Shown here in pieces: positions 1 to 11,137 of a stretch of DNA of 64,000 bases; positions within the stretch are counted from its first letter, which is position 1; each line of letters starts with the position of its first letter. Position numbers and translations under genes: made by a program. The DNA is taken from NCBI GenBank assembly GCA_963703315.1, contig OY969811.1, forward strand, positions 2,624,001-2,688,000. The letters are read 5' to 3'. Under the pieces are notes generated by a model. That model saw only the letters and a list, made by a program, of their open reading frames with translations. It ran no database searches and was not told where the DNA came from. Source of the stretch: an uncultured cyanobacterium. GTDB taxonomy: Bacteria > Cyanobacteriota > Cyanobacteriia > Pseudanabaenales > Pseudanabaenaceae.

Positions 1-219
1 ATAGGCAGAAACCTGCGAAACGACCTGTTGCTCAAGATCGCGAAATGACTCTTCGCCTTCATTAGCAAAAATCTCAGGGATTGATTTACCTGCACATTGC
101 TCAATTAATGGATCGGTATCGATAAAGTTGTAATTTAACTTTTTGGCTAAAAATTTACCGACGGTACTTTTACCAGCACCCATCATTCCAATCAAAAAAA
201 TATTCGTTCCGTTGAGCAT
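1..219 (-). CDS. aroK: Shikimate kinase, 5' part (runs off the window edge)
   Basis: Manual translation from ATG at 219: MLNGTNIFLIGMMGAGKSTVGKFLAKKLNYNFIDTD...GEESFRDLE; P-loop plus shikimate kinase motifs. Not in the ORF track. Confidence 0.93.
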   Translation of the reverse strand, partial: MLNGTNIFLIGMMGAGKSTVGKFLAKKLNYNFIDTDPLIEQCAGKSIPEIFANEGEESFRDLEQQVVSQVSAY

Positions 220-365
220 TGGCTTAGATTTTAGAAATTAGAAGAAGACAGTGCTTTGCACTGCTTTCTTCTAATCATTCTACGAAAGTTGCTTAAAAAT
301 CACATAGAATCATTTATTGTCACCTCGACACTGTTAGTGAAACTGTAAATTAGAGTACGTTGTGA

Positions 366-1919
366 ATGCTGAACTCTCGCCCAGTCTTGTCTCGTAAAAG
401 TTTGTTTTTAGGTCTAGGAATTGTCAGTGTTGTCGCGATCGCCAATACTCTATTTTCGCTTGAGCATGACTGGCATTTATTAAGCCTGACTACGCTGATG
501 ATTGGCGGCACGCTTTTGTTTGTAAATGTGCGTCAGAGTCTAGCTACAGTTATCGAACAGCCAAAAGTTATTGATCGCAGCTTTTTATTTAAGGAATTAC
601 AACAGGCGCAAAAGGCGATCGCTAAAATTGCTGATTTTAGTAAACGGGAAGCGTTAAACGACCAAGCACAAAAAATTACGACTAACTTACAAAAAAATCA
701 TTTTCAGATTGTTGTTTTCGGAACAGGCTCATCGGGAAAAACTTCAGTGATTAATGCTTTGCTGGGGCGTAAGGCAGGCAAGACGGCAGTAACGATTGGG
801 ACAACGATCGCCCGTCAAGAGTACACATATCAAGGCATTGATTTTTCTCCCGTTGGCATTACACCCATTCATAGTGACACCAGAATAAAACGCCAAATTT
901 CTTTACTTGATACATCAGGAACTCAAGAAATGGGTGCTATGGGGCAGCAACGCGAGCTAGAAGCTTTGCAAATAGCCCAAAATGCCGATCTGATGATTTT
1001 TGTGACGGCAGGGGATTTGACTAATTCTGAATATCGTGAACTCGATCGCCTTGCAGGATTGGGTAAGCGGATAATTCTTGCCCTCAATAAAACTGATTTA
1101 TATTTGCCAAGCGATCGCCAAGGCATATTAACCAAGCTTAAAGAACGGACTCAGCAATTTTTAGGAGAAACCGATATTGTAGCGATCGCGGCTAACCCTA
1201 GTCCGATTAAAGTCCGTCAGTATGCCAATGCTGAAGAGTCGGCAAGTCATCATGCTAGTAGCGAATGGTGGGAGGATGTACCACCTGACGTGATTGCTTT
1301 AAAAGAACGCATTGAAACAATTCTTTCTAACGAGTGGGAAGATTTGTTAATTCGCAATACTCATCTTCAGCTTGAAAATTTGTTACAGCAAATCAACGGC
1401 ACGATCAATCAAGAACGTCGCCAAGATGCCAACACGATCATCAATCGTTATCAGTTGATTGCGGCAACGACAGTTTTTGCAAACCCCATTCCTGCGATCG
1501 ATCTCTTGGCTGGAGCCGCAATTAATACCCAAATGTTAGTGGATCTCGCCAAAATTTATGACCGTCCCTTAAATCTGAAACAAGCACAGCAGTTCGCCCT
1601 GACGATCGCACAGCAATTATTGCAACTCGGCTGTATAGAAATCGCCACTTCGGCGATCGCTTCTTGCTTCAAGGTCAATGCCCTTACCTACGCGATCGGC
1701 GGTTCCATGCAGGCTGTCACGGCTGCCTATTTGACTCACATTGGTGGGATGAGCTTTGTGGCATATTTAGAGCAGCAACCCAATACTCAAGCCATTTCTA
1801 GCACTGAAACAACTAATGCCCTGCAACAGCTATGTCAAAAGACATTTAAGGCATTGCAAGGCGATCGCTTTTTTATAGATTTTGTAACTAACATTTCAAA
1901 ACGTTTAGTAACTAGCTAA
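366..1919 (+). CDS. Membrane-anchored GTP-binding protein with C-terminal DUF697/YcjF-like domain
   Basis: Two N-terminal hydrophobic segments; G1 GTGSSGKTS, G3 DTSG, G4 NKTD; ANPIPAIDLL motif typical of DUF697. Confidence 0.8.
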   Translation: MLNSRPVLSRKSLFLGLGIVSVVAIANTLFSLEHDWHLLSLTTLMIGGTLLFVNVRQSLATVIEQPKVIDRSFLFKELQQAQKAIAKIADFSKREALNDQAQKITTNLQKNHFQIVVFGTGSSGKTSVINALLGRKAGKTAVTIGTTIARQEYTYQGIDFSPVGITPIHSDTRIKRQISLLDTSGTQEMGAMGQQRELEALQIAQNADLMIFVTAGDLTNSEYRELDRLAGLGKRIILALNKTDLYLPSDRQGILTKLKERTQQFLGETDIVAIAANPSPIKVRQYANAEESASHHASSEWWEDVPPDVIALKERIETILSNEWEDLLIRNTHLQLENLLQQINGTINQERRQDANTIINRYQLIAATTVFANPIPAIDLLAGAAINTQMLVDLAKIYDRPLNLKQAQQFALTIAQQLLQLGCIEIATSAIASCFKVNALTYAIGGSMQAVTAAYLTHIGGMSFVAYLEQQPNTQAISSTETTNALQQLCQKTFKALQGDRFFIDFVTNISKRLVTS

Positions 1920-1960
1920 AGAAGAAAAGGCGACGCAAAGCGTCGCCTTTTCTTCTTTAG
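1916..1960. repeat. Perfect 21-bp inverted repeat with AAA loop (GC-core palindrome family; probable terminator)
   Basis: ctaaagaagaaaaggcgacgc-aaa-gcgtcgccttttcttctttag, overlapping the upstream stop codon. A second hairpin follows at 1970-2005. Confidence 0.85.
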
Positions 1961-2018
1961 ACATGGCTATAATTCACCAAAGTGTCGTCACACTTTGGTG
2001 AATTAGTATAAGGAATGA

Positions 2019-2219
2019 CTACAAATCACCACTGCTGGCAGACAATAGGAAAATAATTACAGGACCAGAAATAACGATTAAAGCTAAGCTGGTTAGTTGG
2101 AAAATTAGCTGAAAGTTGATACTTGATAAAGCAGAGAATACAGAGTTCAAAGCGCCTTCACCGATAAAAGAGAGCATATAAAAGTTTACGCTCAATAAAG
2201 TGGAAATTGCAGAGTCCAT
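2019..2219 (-). CDS. psb30: Photosystem II reaction centre protein Psb30/Ycf12 (start uncertain)
   Basis: C-terminal INFQLIFQLTSLALIVISGPVIIFLL...GDL matches the Ycf12 pattern. Confidence 0.85.
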   Translation of the reverse strand: MDSAISTLLSVNFYMLSFIGEGALNSVFSALSSINFQLIFQLTSLALIVISGPVIIFLLSASSGDL

Positions 2220-2439
2220 AGCAGTTTTTTAAATATGATTAATTAATCTAACAAAATTCTAGACCCATTCTACCAATCATCGCCACTCTAAACTATCTAA
2301 ATCGGATTTGGTATTACGCCTTTTTAAGTGAATAATTTAGTGATACGAGGTTTAGCCGCGCACCACCAATTATTCACTTGGGTTTTCTGGTTTGGATAAA
2401 GAAGCGCTATCATTTGAGATATATTCACAATATTCATAA

Positions 2440-3351
2440 TTGGTAAGAGTTATACCTGTGCGTCATCGAATTTGGTTGCTGGCAATTCTTGCTTCTGTTA
2501 GTGTTGGAGCCTCTCCACTACGCGCTCAAGCACTATTACCCCATACGACTCGGATTAATTTTGGCAACTTAGAAGAGCAAGCGCTCAACTTAGCAAGAGA
2601 AGCGGCTCAACTTGCTCAGTTTGAGCAGTATGATTTGGCGTTACCCCGCGCTCGCCTAGCCGCACAGCTAGCGCCCAGAGCTTTTCAAACTCAAGGTATT
2701 CTTGGCAGTATTTATCTGCGTAAGGAGCAATATAAAGAAGCGATCGCCTCTTTAGTGGCTGCTCACAACCTCAAAAAAGACGAACCCACGATTTTATTTA
2801 GTCTAGGTGCTGCTTATCTTCGCAACAAAAATTATCCCGAATCAATTAGCAATCTTAAAAAGGGATTAACCCTTGAGCCGAAAGCTGCCACAGCTATGTT
2901 TGATTTAGGTAATGCCTACTTTTTGACTAAGCGTTACGATGAGGCTGTCACTGTCTACAATGATGTGCTTGTGATCGACAATAAGTTTTGGGCAGCAACT
3001 AATAATATTGGTTTAGTCGAGTACGAACGGGGGAATGTTGATCAGGCGATCTCCAAATGGCAAAACTCACTTAAGCAAGCTGAAAAAGTTGAGTTCCTTG
3101 CGGCGGAGCCAACCCTTGCCCTTGCTACTGCTTTTTATCGTAAAGGCGATCGCACTAAAGCAGTGCAGCTAGCCGTTGAGGCGATGAAGATCGATCCCCG
3201 CTATGGCAAAATTCCATACTTAGTCGAAAATCTCTGGGGCGATCGCTTAATTGCCGATGTGCAGTTAGTTTTATCACAGCCTCAAGTTAAACAAATTCTA
3301 GACGAGAGCGATCTATCAACTCGACAGGTTCCTAAAGTCCGTCGTAATTAG
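2440..3351 (+). CDS. Exported tetratricopeptide repeat protein
   Basis: Signal peptide followed by TPR-like units (LFSLGAAY, MFDLGNAY, NNIGLVEY). Confidence 0.85.
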   Translation: MVRVIPVRHRIWLLAILASVSVGASPLRAQALLPHTTRINFGNLEEQALNLAREAAQLAQFEQYDLALPRARLAAQLAPRAFQTQGILGSIYLRKEQYKEAIASLVAAHNLKKDEPTILFSLGAAYLRNKNYPESISNLKKGLTLEPKAATAMFDLGNAYFLTKRYDEAVTVYNDVLVIDNKFWAATNNIGLVEYERGNVDQAISKWQNSLKQAEKVEFLAAEPTLALATAFYRKGDRTKAVQLAVEAMKIDPRYGKIPYLVENLWGDRLIADVQLVLSQPQVKQILDESDLSTRQVPKVRRN

Positions 3352-3445
3352 ATATTGATATCATCAATAAAAATAAGCGCTCTTAAAGGCGCTTATTTTT
3401 ATTGATTTCTTGTTGCCGCTACTTTCTAGAAGTAAAGACAATCGC

Positions 3446-4138
3446 CTAAATCACCGAATCTCGCACAACATTAGTCCGCACCCATTTACGAAATTCCCTT
3501 AAGGTTGCACTTTCTCCTAAATTCAATCGTTGCTGCACATACTCCACAATAATCGCGGCTGGTAAATCAGGAAAAGCTAAACTCTTCTCTATCGGTTTAT
3601 ATTCCCCATCTTGTAAAGCTAGAAACTCCAAACTATAGCCATCATAACGCCAGACTTCAGGTACACCCAGCAACGCATAAATCGGTAAACGGCGATCGCT
3701 AGGATTGGTAATATCCACTTCTAAAACTAAATCAGGTGGCGGATCTTGCCCAACGATAATTACTTCTTTGCCACGAATTATTGGTTCATTTTGGATGTAG
3801 TAACAAGAATCTGGCTCTGCTCCTAGCTTGAGATTCGGAATTTTCATTAATAATGAACCGAGCTTTCGCAAATCAATTGCTAATTCATCAGAAAATGCTC
3901 TAATTAAATCATCAATAAATCGATTGCTACCTTCGTGGAGTGAGAGCGGAGACATGATTTCTAAAGTGCCATTGAAGTAATGAAATAAAGTTTTGCGGCG
4001 ATCGCCGACATCGGCAAGTAAATTTTCAAAAGTATGCCAACTAACGTTATGTAAGATCACTCGATCTTCCGCAAGTGGTCTGACCTGCTCATGACTTGGA
4101 GATGAAGTAATAGGTTTGTTTAGTGTTGTGGCAATCAT
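3446..4138 (-). CDS. Uma2 family (DUF820) putative endonuclease
   Basis: LEIMSP..H, EPDSCYY, PPPDLVLEVD and GVPEVWRYDG motifs. Confidence 0.92.
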   Translation of the reverse strand: MIATTLNKPITSSPSHEQVRPLAEDRVILHNVSWHTFENLLADVGDRRKTLFHYFNGTLEIMSPLSLHEGSNRFIDDLIRAFSDELAIDLRKLGSLLMKIPNLKLGAEPDSCYYIQNEPIIRGKEVIIVGQDPPPDLVLEVDITNPSDRRLPIYALLGVPEVWRYDGYSLEFLALQDGEYKPIEKSLAFPDLPAAIIVEYVQQRLNLGESATLREFRKWVRTNVVRDSVI

Positions 4139-4267
4139 TGTGATTTCCTCTGTTCTTAATTAGAACGGCGATCGCTATATTTAGTTAGATTTTAGCCTTT
4201 AGCAATACTTGAGTGGCAAAACCAAAAAAGTGAGTTGTACCGCAAAGCGATGCAACTCTGACGACAA

Positions 4268-4312
4268 CAATAAAAAAGGCAACTTTACTGAGTAAAGTTG
4301 CCTTTTTTATTG
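4268..4312 (-). terminator. Probable intrinsic (possibly bidirectional) terminator of the ribosomal protein operon
   Basis: 22-bp perfect inverted repeat with A6/T6 tracts immediately after the infA stop. Confidence 0.75.
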
Positions 4313-4313
4313 A

Positions 4314-4553
4314 CTATTTTTTCCCGCCGCCTTGATTTTTGAGGCGGTAGGTGATGCGTCCTTTTGTGAGGTCGTATGGAGTTAGTTCCACCTTGACGCG
4401 ATCGCCTGGCAAAATTTTGATGTAGTTCCGACGGATCTTGCCCGAAATATGAGCAAGTACATTAAAGCCATTATCGAGAGCAACTCGAAACATAGCATTA
4501 GGAAGAGACTCAGTTACCGTCCCTTCCATTTCAATAGCATCTTCTTTTGACAA
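4314..4553 (-). CDS. infA: Translation initiation factor IF-1
   Basis: [24 protein letters not shown]...GRITYR. Confidence 0.98.
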   Translation of the reverse strand: MSKEDAIEMEGTVTESLPNAMFRVALDNGFNVLAHISGKIRRNYIKILPGDRVKVELTPYDLTKGRITYRLKNQGGGKK

Positions 4554-4628
4554 ATAACCTCTCCAAAAATTTAGTATAAGTTCTATAGATTGTGATAATT
4601 CTAGAAGCTTAGCTTCATCAAATTATGA

Positions 4629-5192
4629 TCATGCCTTGGCAAAGAATTCTTTGATGATTTTAGTTACCTCTGACATAGAGGGAGTGCCATCAATTTGCTT
4701 AACTTTATCTCCATAGAATTCTAGCAAAGGTCTAGTTTTGGCATTGTACTCCTCAAGGCGATTCTTGATTACATCCTCAGTATCATCGGCACGTCCTTGA
4801 TCGATTGCCCTTGCTTTGAGGCGATCGATTAGAAACTGATCTGGTACATCAAGATTGACCACTGCATCGTAAGGCTGATTGATCTCTGCCAACAAAATAT
4901 CCAGAGCTTCCGCCTGAGCAACAGTACGAGGAAAGCCATCAAGAATCCAACCAGTTTGGGTATCAGGTTGGCGTAAGCGCGACTCGATTACTTCAATTAC
5001 AACTTCATCAGGCACAAGTCTGCCAGAATCGCTGAATGACTTAACCTTTAACCCAAGCTCCGTACCCTCTTTAATTTCCGCCCTAAAGATATCACCAGGA
5101 GCAATTTTCGGTACTTGCCACTCAGTAGCCAAAATTTCTCCCTGTGTCCCCTTTCCAGCCCCAGGAGGACCCATCAAAATTACTCTCGGCAT
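4629..5192 (-). CDS. adk: Adenylate kinase (short LID type)
   Basis: GPPGAGKGTQ, ILDGFPRT and GRADD motifs; position after secY. Confidence 0.97.
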   Translation of the reverse strand: MPRVILMGPPGAGKGTQGEILATEWQVPKIAPGDIFRAEIKEGTELGLKVKSFSDSGRLVPDEVVIEVIESRLRQPDTQTGWILDGFPRTVAQAEALDILLAEINQPYDAVVNLDVPDQFLIDRLKARAIDQGRADDTEDVIKNRLEEYNAKTRPLLEFYGDKVKQIDGTPSMSEVTKIIKEFFAKA

Positions 5193-6532
5193 TATTGTTT
5201 CACCATACCTTCATAACGTTGAGAGATCACATAGGTTTGGATTTGCTTCGAGGTTTCGATCGCCACACCCACCAAGATTAGTAACGAAGTTGCACCAATA
5301 CCACTAAAGGTAGAGACACCTGTCGCTTTTTCTAAGGCACTAGGAATAATCGCAATTCCGCACAAAAATACAGAACCCAGCAAAGTTAAGCGATTTAAAA
5401 CACCACTGATGTAATCAGATGTAGCTTTTCCGGGGCGCACTGTGGGAATACTGCTACCCATCTTTTTGAGATTTTGGGACAACTCAATCGGATTTAAGAC
5501 CAGAGTTGAGTAAAAGAAACTAAAGCCAAGAATCAGCAGCATATATACAGGGATATGTCCCGCACCACTAGGAGAAATCCAAGTAGCGATCGCCACAAAT
5601 ACTTCGTTATTAATGCTTTGGCTGAGATAGGCTGGCAAAATCATCACCGATGAAGCAAAAATAATTGGCATTACGCCACCTTGGTTTAGGCGCAACGGCA
5701 AATAAGAAGACTGTTCACGGTAAAGCTTACGTCCCACTTGACGACGTGCCGAAATAATCGGAATGCGCCGTGTTCCTTCCTGCACAAACACAATTCCCAC
5801 GATCATAATTAAGAAGATCACTAGCAGCAGGATCACACCACCAACTCGTGAACTATCTTTTTGAGCAAGGGAAATCGTATCACCAAAAGATTTTGGCAAG
5901 TTAGCGACAATACTGATAAAAATCAGCAGTGAAGCACCATTGCCAACGCCTTTCTCCGTAATTAGTTCACCAGCCCACATCACAAACATCGAACCTGCGG
6001 CAAGAGCTACCGTAGTTTGAAAAATAAAACTGGAGAAAATTACGCGCCCATCGCCAATCGTGATCCAGTTAGAGCTTAATTCCGACAATACGCCAGAATT
6101 TTGTACCCAAACGCCCAAACCCCAACTTTGAATCACTGCCCAAACAAAGGCGACATAGCGGGTATATTGTGAGATTTTTCTTCTACCAGCTTCACCTTCA
6201 TTCTTTTGAAGATTTTCTAAAGTTGGTAACGCTGAGGTCATCAATTGCATGATAATCGAGGCGTTAATAAATGGCAAAATGCCAAGAGCAAAGATACCAA
6301 GTAACGATAAACCGCCACCTGAGAAAATATCTAAGAAATTAACTACAGCATTATTTCTGACAATTTCCGTAAATCTTAGGCGATCGACTCCTGGTAATGG
6401 CAAGTAAATACCGAGTCTAACTAATATCAAAACACCAACAGTAACTAACAAACGTCCCCTTAACCCTGCGGCTTGAGCCATTTGCAAAAAAGTTTCTTGC
6501 GCTGTTGGGGTCTTGCCTTTACTGACAACCAT
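5192..6532 (-). CDS. secY: Preprotein translocase subunit SecY
   Basis: FALGILPFINASIIMQL, GVGNGASLLIF and GVMPIIFA motifs. Confidence 0.98.
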   Translation of the reverse strand: MVVSKGKTPTAQETFLQMAQAAGLRGRLLVTVGVLILVRLGIYLPLPGVDRLRFTEIVRNNAVVNFLDIFSGGGLSLLGIFALGILPFINASIIMQLMTSALPTLENLQKNEGEAGRRKISQYTRYVAFVWAVIQSWGLGVWVQNSGVLSELSSNWITIGDGRVIFSSFIFQTTVALAAGSMFVMWAGELITEKGVGNGASLLIFISIVANLPKSFGDTISLAQKDSSRVGGVILLLVIFLIMIVGIVFVQEGTRRIPIISARRQVGRKLYREQSSYLPLRLNQGGVMPIIFASSVMILPAYLSQSINNEVFVAIATWISPSGAGHIPVYMLLILGFSFFYSTLVLNPIELSQNLKKMGSSIPTVRPGKATSDYISGVLNRLTLLGSVFLCGIAIIPSALEKATGVSTFSGIGATSLLILVGVAIETSKQIQTYVISQRYEGMVKQ

Positions 6533-6684
6533 AACTACATTTACCTCAAAGCTAATAATTATGAGTTAGGCGACGCTTTGTCCCACCTACCCTAAAGATA
6601 TCTAAATATTGTAGTTCTATAACAAAACAACAAAAGGGAATATGTGGCGAAATGCAAAGCACTTCGCCACATATTCCCTTTTAA

Positions 6685-7131
6685 TTAGGCTGCAACTTCG
6701 ACAGTGCCACCAGCCGCTTCAATTTTGGCTTTGGCAGATGCGGTAATTGAATGAGCGCGAACTGTTAGAGCTACGCTAACATCGCCTCTTCCTAACACGC
6801 GCAGTACACCATCGTTTTGAGTAATAATTCCTGCGTCCATTAAAGACTCAAGAGTTACTACTGTACCTTTAGGTAATCCGCTTAATTGGTCAAGGTTTAC
6901 AATTGTGAAATGCTTGGGATTTACAATTGTGAAATGCTTAAGTTTTGGTACTCGTCTGTAAAGAGGGATTTGACCACCTTCAAAACCAGGTCTGGTGGGA
7001 CGACCTGAACGAGATTTTTGACCACGCATACCGAAACCACCGCTAGCACCTTGCCCTGCGGCAATACCACGTCCTAAACGACGCTTGCGATGCTGTGAGC
7101 CTTCTTGAGGCTGAAGATCGTCAATTCTCAT
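6685..7131 (-). CDS. rplO: 50S ribosomal protein L15
   Basis: [16 protein letters not shown] and GFEGGQ.PLYRR motifs. Confidence 0.97.
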   Translation of the reverse strand: MRIDDLQPQEGSQHRKRRLGRGIAAGQGASGGFGMRGQKSRSGRPTRPGFEGGQIPLYRRVPKLKHFTIVNPKHFTIVNLDQLSGLPKGTVVTLESLMDAGIITQNDGVLRVLGRGDVSVALTVRAHSITASAKAKIEAAGGTVEVAA

Positions 7132-7182
7132 AGTTTTTCCTTTTCACTTTTGACAATAACGGCGCGAAGCGCCGTTATTGCA

Positions 7183-7797
7183 TTAATTAAATAACTGTTC
7201 AAGGGTAATACCACGCGCTCTGGCAACTTCACCAAAGGTACGCAGGGTTGAAAGTGCATTAATTGCAGCACGAGCATTGTTTAGAGGGCTGCTAGAACCG
7301 AGTTGCTTTGCCAAAATATTTTTGACTCCAGCTAGTTCTAGTACAGTTCTGACGGCTCCACCAGCAATTACCCCAGTACCAGGAGATGCAGGACGGATGA
7401 TGACTTTAGCGCCACCACCAATACCATTAGTCGGGTGAGGGATAGAATTGCTCTTGGTTAAAGGCACATCGATCGCGTGCTTTCTAGCATCAGCAACACC
7501 TTTTTTGACGGCGTTGATCACATCGGCAGCCTTGCCAACGCCAACACCGACTTGTCCTTTCTCATTACCGACGACAACAATCGCACGGAAGCTGAGTTTC
7601 TTACCACCCTTAACAACTTTGGTTACGCGGCGGATTTGGACAACTCGTTCTTGCCATTCGGATTCTTTCTCGGTACGAGCGCGATCATTTTTCTTACTAT
7701 CGCGCTTACCTTTGCGTTTTTCATCGCGATTATCACCACTGTCGCCGCCGCCACTGTCGCGACCGCCACCTGGTCTAGATTCTCTATTCTTAGCCAT
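7183..7797 (-). CDS. rpsE: 30S ribosomal protein S5
   Basis: [15 protein letters not shown] and [12 protein letters not shown] motifs. Confidence 0.97.
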   Translation of the reverse strand: MAKNRESRPGGGRDSGGGDSGDNRDEKRKGKRDSKKNDRARTEKESEWQERVVQIRRVTKVVKGGKKLSFRAIVVVGNEKGQVGVGVGKAADVINAVKKGVADARKHAIDVPLTKSNSIPHPTNGIGGGAKVIIRPASPGTGVIAGGAVRTVLELAGVKNILAKQLGSSSPLNNARAAINALSTLRTFGEVARARGITLEQLFN

Positions 7798-7830
7798 ATT
7801 TTTCTATCTACTGATTCACTGTTGGATACA

Positions 7831-8196
7831 TTAGAATTCGAGACCTGCTTCGCGGGCTGCTTCAGCGAGAGCTTGGACTCTTCCATGATAGAGGTTGCCA
7901 CCGCGATCAAACACGACTCTGGTAATTCCCTTGGCGATCGCTCTTTCGGCAATCAAAGCACCGACCTTAGCCGAAGCTTCAGAATTAGCGGTAGAACTGC
8001 TGCTCTCACGGATATCAGATTCGAGGGTGGAAGCCGCAACGATGGTATGTTGGGCGACATCATCAATCACCTGCGCCACAATGTGATTGTTAGAACGATA
8101 AATCGAAAGACGAGGGCGATCGGCACTGCCTGATAGCCCTTTACGAATACGCTTATGGCGACTTATGGTTGCTTGTCTACGACTATTAGCACTCAT
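7831..8196 (-). CDS. rplR: 50S ribosomal protein L18
   Basis: [10 protein letters not shown] and [14 protein letters not shown] motifs. Confidence 0.97.
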   Translation of the reverse strand: MSANSRRQATISRHKRIRKGLSGSADRPRLSIYRSNNHIVAQVIDDVAQHTIVAASTLESDIRESSSSTANSEASAKVGALIAERAIAKGITRVVFDRGGNLYHGRVQALAEAAREAGLEF

Positions 8197-8263
8197 GTTT
8201 TTTATATATGAAGGTTACGAAAATCAAAAAGATTAAATAAAGAAGTTAATAAAGTTATTAACC

Positions 8264-8827
8264 TTACTTCTTACCAGTCTTACCAGCCTTGCGTCTGACA
8301 AATTCACCGAGGTAACGAATGCCCTTACCTTTGTAGACTTCAGGAGGACGTACAGCCCGAATTTTAGCTGCTAAGTTACCAACGATTTCCTTGTCAATAC
8401 CTTCAACGACAATAAACGTACCTTGAGGGACTTTCTTGCCAGAAGCATCTTCAACGCCGAGGGAAACTCCTGTAGGAGGCACAATATCAACAGTATGGCT
8501 ATAGCCAACAGTTAAAACGATATTGTTTCCATTCAGGTTGGCGCGATAACCAACCCCTTGAATTTCTAGCTTGCGTTGAAAGCCAGTGGATACACCTTCG
8601 ACCATATTCGCAACGAGGGTGCGGAATAGACCATGTTGCTGACGAGCAGGACGGGATTCATTAGCACGATTAACAATCAAGGTGTTTTCTTCTTGCAGCA
8701 CTTCTACTGTGTTGGGTAGGACGCGCTTGAGTTCGCCTTTAGGTCCTTTGACTGTCACCTCTTGCCCTGCGATAGAGACCGCAACCTTAGGAGGCAGAGG
8801 AATCGGGCGTTTTCCAATACGAGACAT
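8264..8827 (-). CDS. rplF: 50S ribosomal protein L6
   Basis: MSRIGKRPI and [13 protein letters not shown] motifs. Confidence 0.97.
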   Translation of the reverse strand: MSRIGKRPIPLPPKVAVSIAGQEVTVKGPKGELKRVLPNTVEVLQEENTLIVNRANESRPARQQHGLFRTLVANMVEGVSTGFQRKLEIQGVGYRANLNGNNIVLTVGYSHTVDIVPPTGVSLGVEDASGKKVPQGTFIVVEGIDKEIVGNLAAKIRAVRPPEVYKGKGIRYLGEFVRRKAGKTGKK

Positions 8828-8871
8828 ATCTGTTTTCCTTTGCTTGTGATGTTTCTAGTGTTTTTACTGAG

Positions 8872-9273
8872 TTACCAGATATAGCAAAGAACTTCACCGC
8901 CGACTCCTTGTTTGCGAGCTTCGCGATCGGTCAAGATGCCTTTGGAGGTGGAGATAATGGCAATGCCGATTCCACCTAATACACGGGGTAATTCTTTGGA
9001 GTTTGAGTAAACCCGTAAACCGGGTTTGCTGACGCGCTTGAGGCGTTTGATAATTGATTGACGATTTTTGCCTTCGTACTTGAGAGAAACAACTAAGTGG
9101 CGATCAATATTTTCGCCAGTTTCTTCAAAATCTGCAATAAAACCTTCTTGCTTGAGTACTCGAGCGATGCTTACCGTCAACTTTGTGGCAGGAATTGCCG
9201 TTGTTTGATGCTTCGCAAGTGTGGCATTGCGAATGCGGGTAAGCATATCCGAGATGGTGTCGTTGGTAGCCAT
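8872..9273 (-). CDS. rpsH: 30S ribosomal protein S8
   Basis: [21 protein letters not shown] and GGEVLCYIW motifs. Confidence 0.97.
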   Translation of the reverse strand: MATNDTISDMLTRIRNATLAKHQTTAIPATKLTVSIARVLKQEGFIADFEETGENIDRHLVVSLKYEGKNRQSIIKRLKRVSKPGLRVYSNSKELPRVLGGIGIAIISTSKGILTDREARKQGVGGEVLCYIW

Positions 9274-9296
9274 CCTTATCTCCTAATTCGATCTAC

Positions 9297-9842
9297 TTAT
9301 GATTCTCTAAATGGCACACCGACTGCTTTCAGGAGCGCACGTCCTTCTTCATCAGTTTTGGCAGTGGTGATGATGGAAATATCAAGCCCCCGAATTTGCT
9401 CAATACTGTCGTAGCTGATTTCGGGGAAGATAAGCTGTTCGCGGACACCGAGAGTATAGTTGCCACGTCCATCAAAGCTCTTGGGGCTAACACCGCGAAA
9501 GTCACGGATGCGAGGTAGTGAGAAGTTGATTAGACGATCCAAGAAGTTATTCATCTTGTCACGACGTAATGTCACGACAATACCAACGGGCATTCCTTGA
9601 CGCAGCTTGAAACCTGCGATCGCTTTCTTAGCTCTAGTTACCACGGGCTTTTGACCAGCGATCGTCGCAATTTCGATTAATGAAGCTTCTAGAGACTTAG
9701 CGTTCTGAGCCGCTTCACCAAGACCACGATTGATCACTACCTTTTCAAATTTGGGAACTTGATGGATATTGGTGTATTTGAACTGTTCCATCAATTTAGG
9801 AACAGCTTGATTTTTATAGACTTCGGCGAACCTTGTTAGCAT
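9297..9842 (-). CDS. rplE: 50S ribosomal protein L5
   Basis: [20 protein letters not shown] and FDGRGNY motifs. Confidence 0.97.
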   Translation of the reverse strand: MLTRFAEVYKNQAVPKLMEQFKYTNIHQVPKFEKVVINRGLGEAAQNAKSLEASLIEIATIAGQKPVVTRAKKAIAGFKLRQGMPVGIVVTLRRDKMNNFLDRLINFSLPRIRDFRGVSPKSFDGRGNYTLGVREQLIFPEISYDSIEQIRGLDISIITTAKTDEEGRALLKAVGVPFRES

Positions 9843-9889
9843 TTTATCTTCCTCGATGAGTTTTCCTGGGCTTGGTCAGGTTTCTAGAA

Positions 9890-10273
9890 TTATTTCTTGT
9901 CAGTTTTGACAGAATCGATGATTTCGCCAGTTTTTTTAAGTAATCTCACCTTTTGACCTTCTTCAGTAAAGGTAAAAGCAGAGCGACTAGCGACTTTTTC
10001 TTTTTCGGAATACAACAGCACTTTAGAACTGTGGATTGGAAACTCGCGGGTAATGATTTGTCCAGACTCGCCATCAGCTTGAGGCTTTACGTGCTTAGTC
10101 TTAACATTGACACCTTCAACAATGATGGTGCTGTCTTTAGGAAAAACTTGGAGAACCTTACCAACGGTTCCTTTGGAACTTCCTGAAATCACTTGGACAA
10201 CATCGTCTTTGCGGACATGAATCTTAAAAGATTTACGGTTTCCGCGATACTTAGGTTTGGGTTTAAAGGGCAT
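9890..10273 (-). CDS. rplX: 50S ribosomal protein L24
   Basis: KOW-like [13 protein letters not shown] and EFPIHSS motifs. Confidence 0.95.
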   Translation of the reverse strand: MPFKPKPKYRGNRKSFKIHVRKDDVVQVISGSSKGTVGKVLQVFPKDSTIIVEGVNVKTKHVKPQADGESGQIITREFPIHSSKVLLYSEKEKVASRSAFTFTEEGQKVRLLKKTGEIIDSVKTDKK

Positions 10274-10641
10274 TACAGTACCTCTGGCGCTAGGGAGATA
10301 ATTTTAGTGAAGTTTTTATCCCGCAACTCACGCGCAACTGGACCAAACACACGCGTTCCTTTGGGATTGCCGTCTTGGTTAATGATTACAGCAGCATTGT
10401 CATCAAAGCGAATTCTCATACCGCTTTCACGGTTGATCGATGCTTTGGTACGCACAATTACGGCACGGACAACATCAGATTTTTTGACTGGCATATTGGG
10501 GGCTGCGTCTTTGACAGTGGCGATAATGACATCACCTACGCCGCCAAAGGCACGGTTGCCACCCGCTAGTACGCGAATACATAGTAGTTTTTTGGCTCCA
10601 CTATTATCCGCTACGTTCAGATAAGACTCTTGTTGAATCAT
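10273..10641 (-). CDS. rplN: 50S ribosomal protein L14
   Basis: [17 protein letters not shown]...LAPEVL. Confidence 0.98.
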   Translation of the reverse strand: MIQQESYLNVADNSGAKKLLCIRVLAGGNRAFGGVGDVIIATVKDAAPNMPVKKSDVVRAVIVRTKASINRESGMRIRFDDNAAVIINQDGNPKGTRVFGPVARELRDKNFTKIISLAPEVL

Positions 10642-10644
10642 GGC

Positions 10645-10896
10645 TTATGCTTCCGAGCTAGATGAGAGAACCTCTACAACTTCCCACCGCTTTGTCCGAC
10701 TAAGGGGGCGGGTTTCCCGAATTTTGACGCGATCGCCTTCACGGGTTTTGTCTTCTTCATCGTGGGCTTTAAACTTAGTCGTTTTGACCACGATTTTTCC
10801 ATATTTAGGGTGAGAAGTACGGTTTTCGACCGCTACAACCACCGTTTTTTGCATTTTGTCGCTGACGACAACGCCAACTTTTTCTTTAACTGCCAT
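10645..10896 (-). CDS. rpsQ: 30S ribosomal protein S17
   Basis: [11 protein letters not shown] and [11 protein letters not shown] motifs. Confidence 0.97.
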   Translation of the reverse strand: MAVKEKVGVVVSDKMQKTVVVAVENRTSHPKYGKIVVKTTKFKAHDEEDKTREGDRVKIRETRPLSRTKRWEVVEVLSSSSEA

Positions 10897-10929
10897 TGCT
10901 AAAATTCCTATATTTTGTAAATAGCTTTC

Positions 10930-11133
10930 TTAAGCTCTGGACTGACGTTCGCGCTCGACAGTCATCAGTTGAGACAAACGATGCTTTGCGTGCTTGAACT
11001 GATGGGGCTGCACAGGCTGTCTAGTTGCTTGCTTAAAACGCAAATCAAATAGCTCTCTCTTGACGGTCAAGATCTGTGCTTGCAGTTCATCATCAGATAA
11101 CTCTCTAGTTTCTTGGACTTTTGGGAGTGCCAT
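10930..11133 (-). CDS. rpmC: 50S ribosomal protein L29
   Basis: True start at ATG 11133 ([17 protein letters not shown]...ELFDLRF); the longer ORF-track start overlaps rplP. Confidence 0.93.
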   Translation of the reverse strand: MALPKVQETRELSDDELQAQILTVKRELFDLRFKQATRQPVQPHQFKHAKHRLSQLMTVERERQSRA

Positions 11134-11137
11134 ATTC

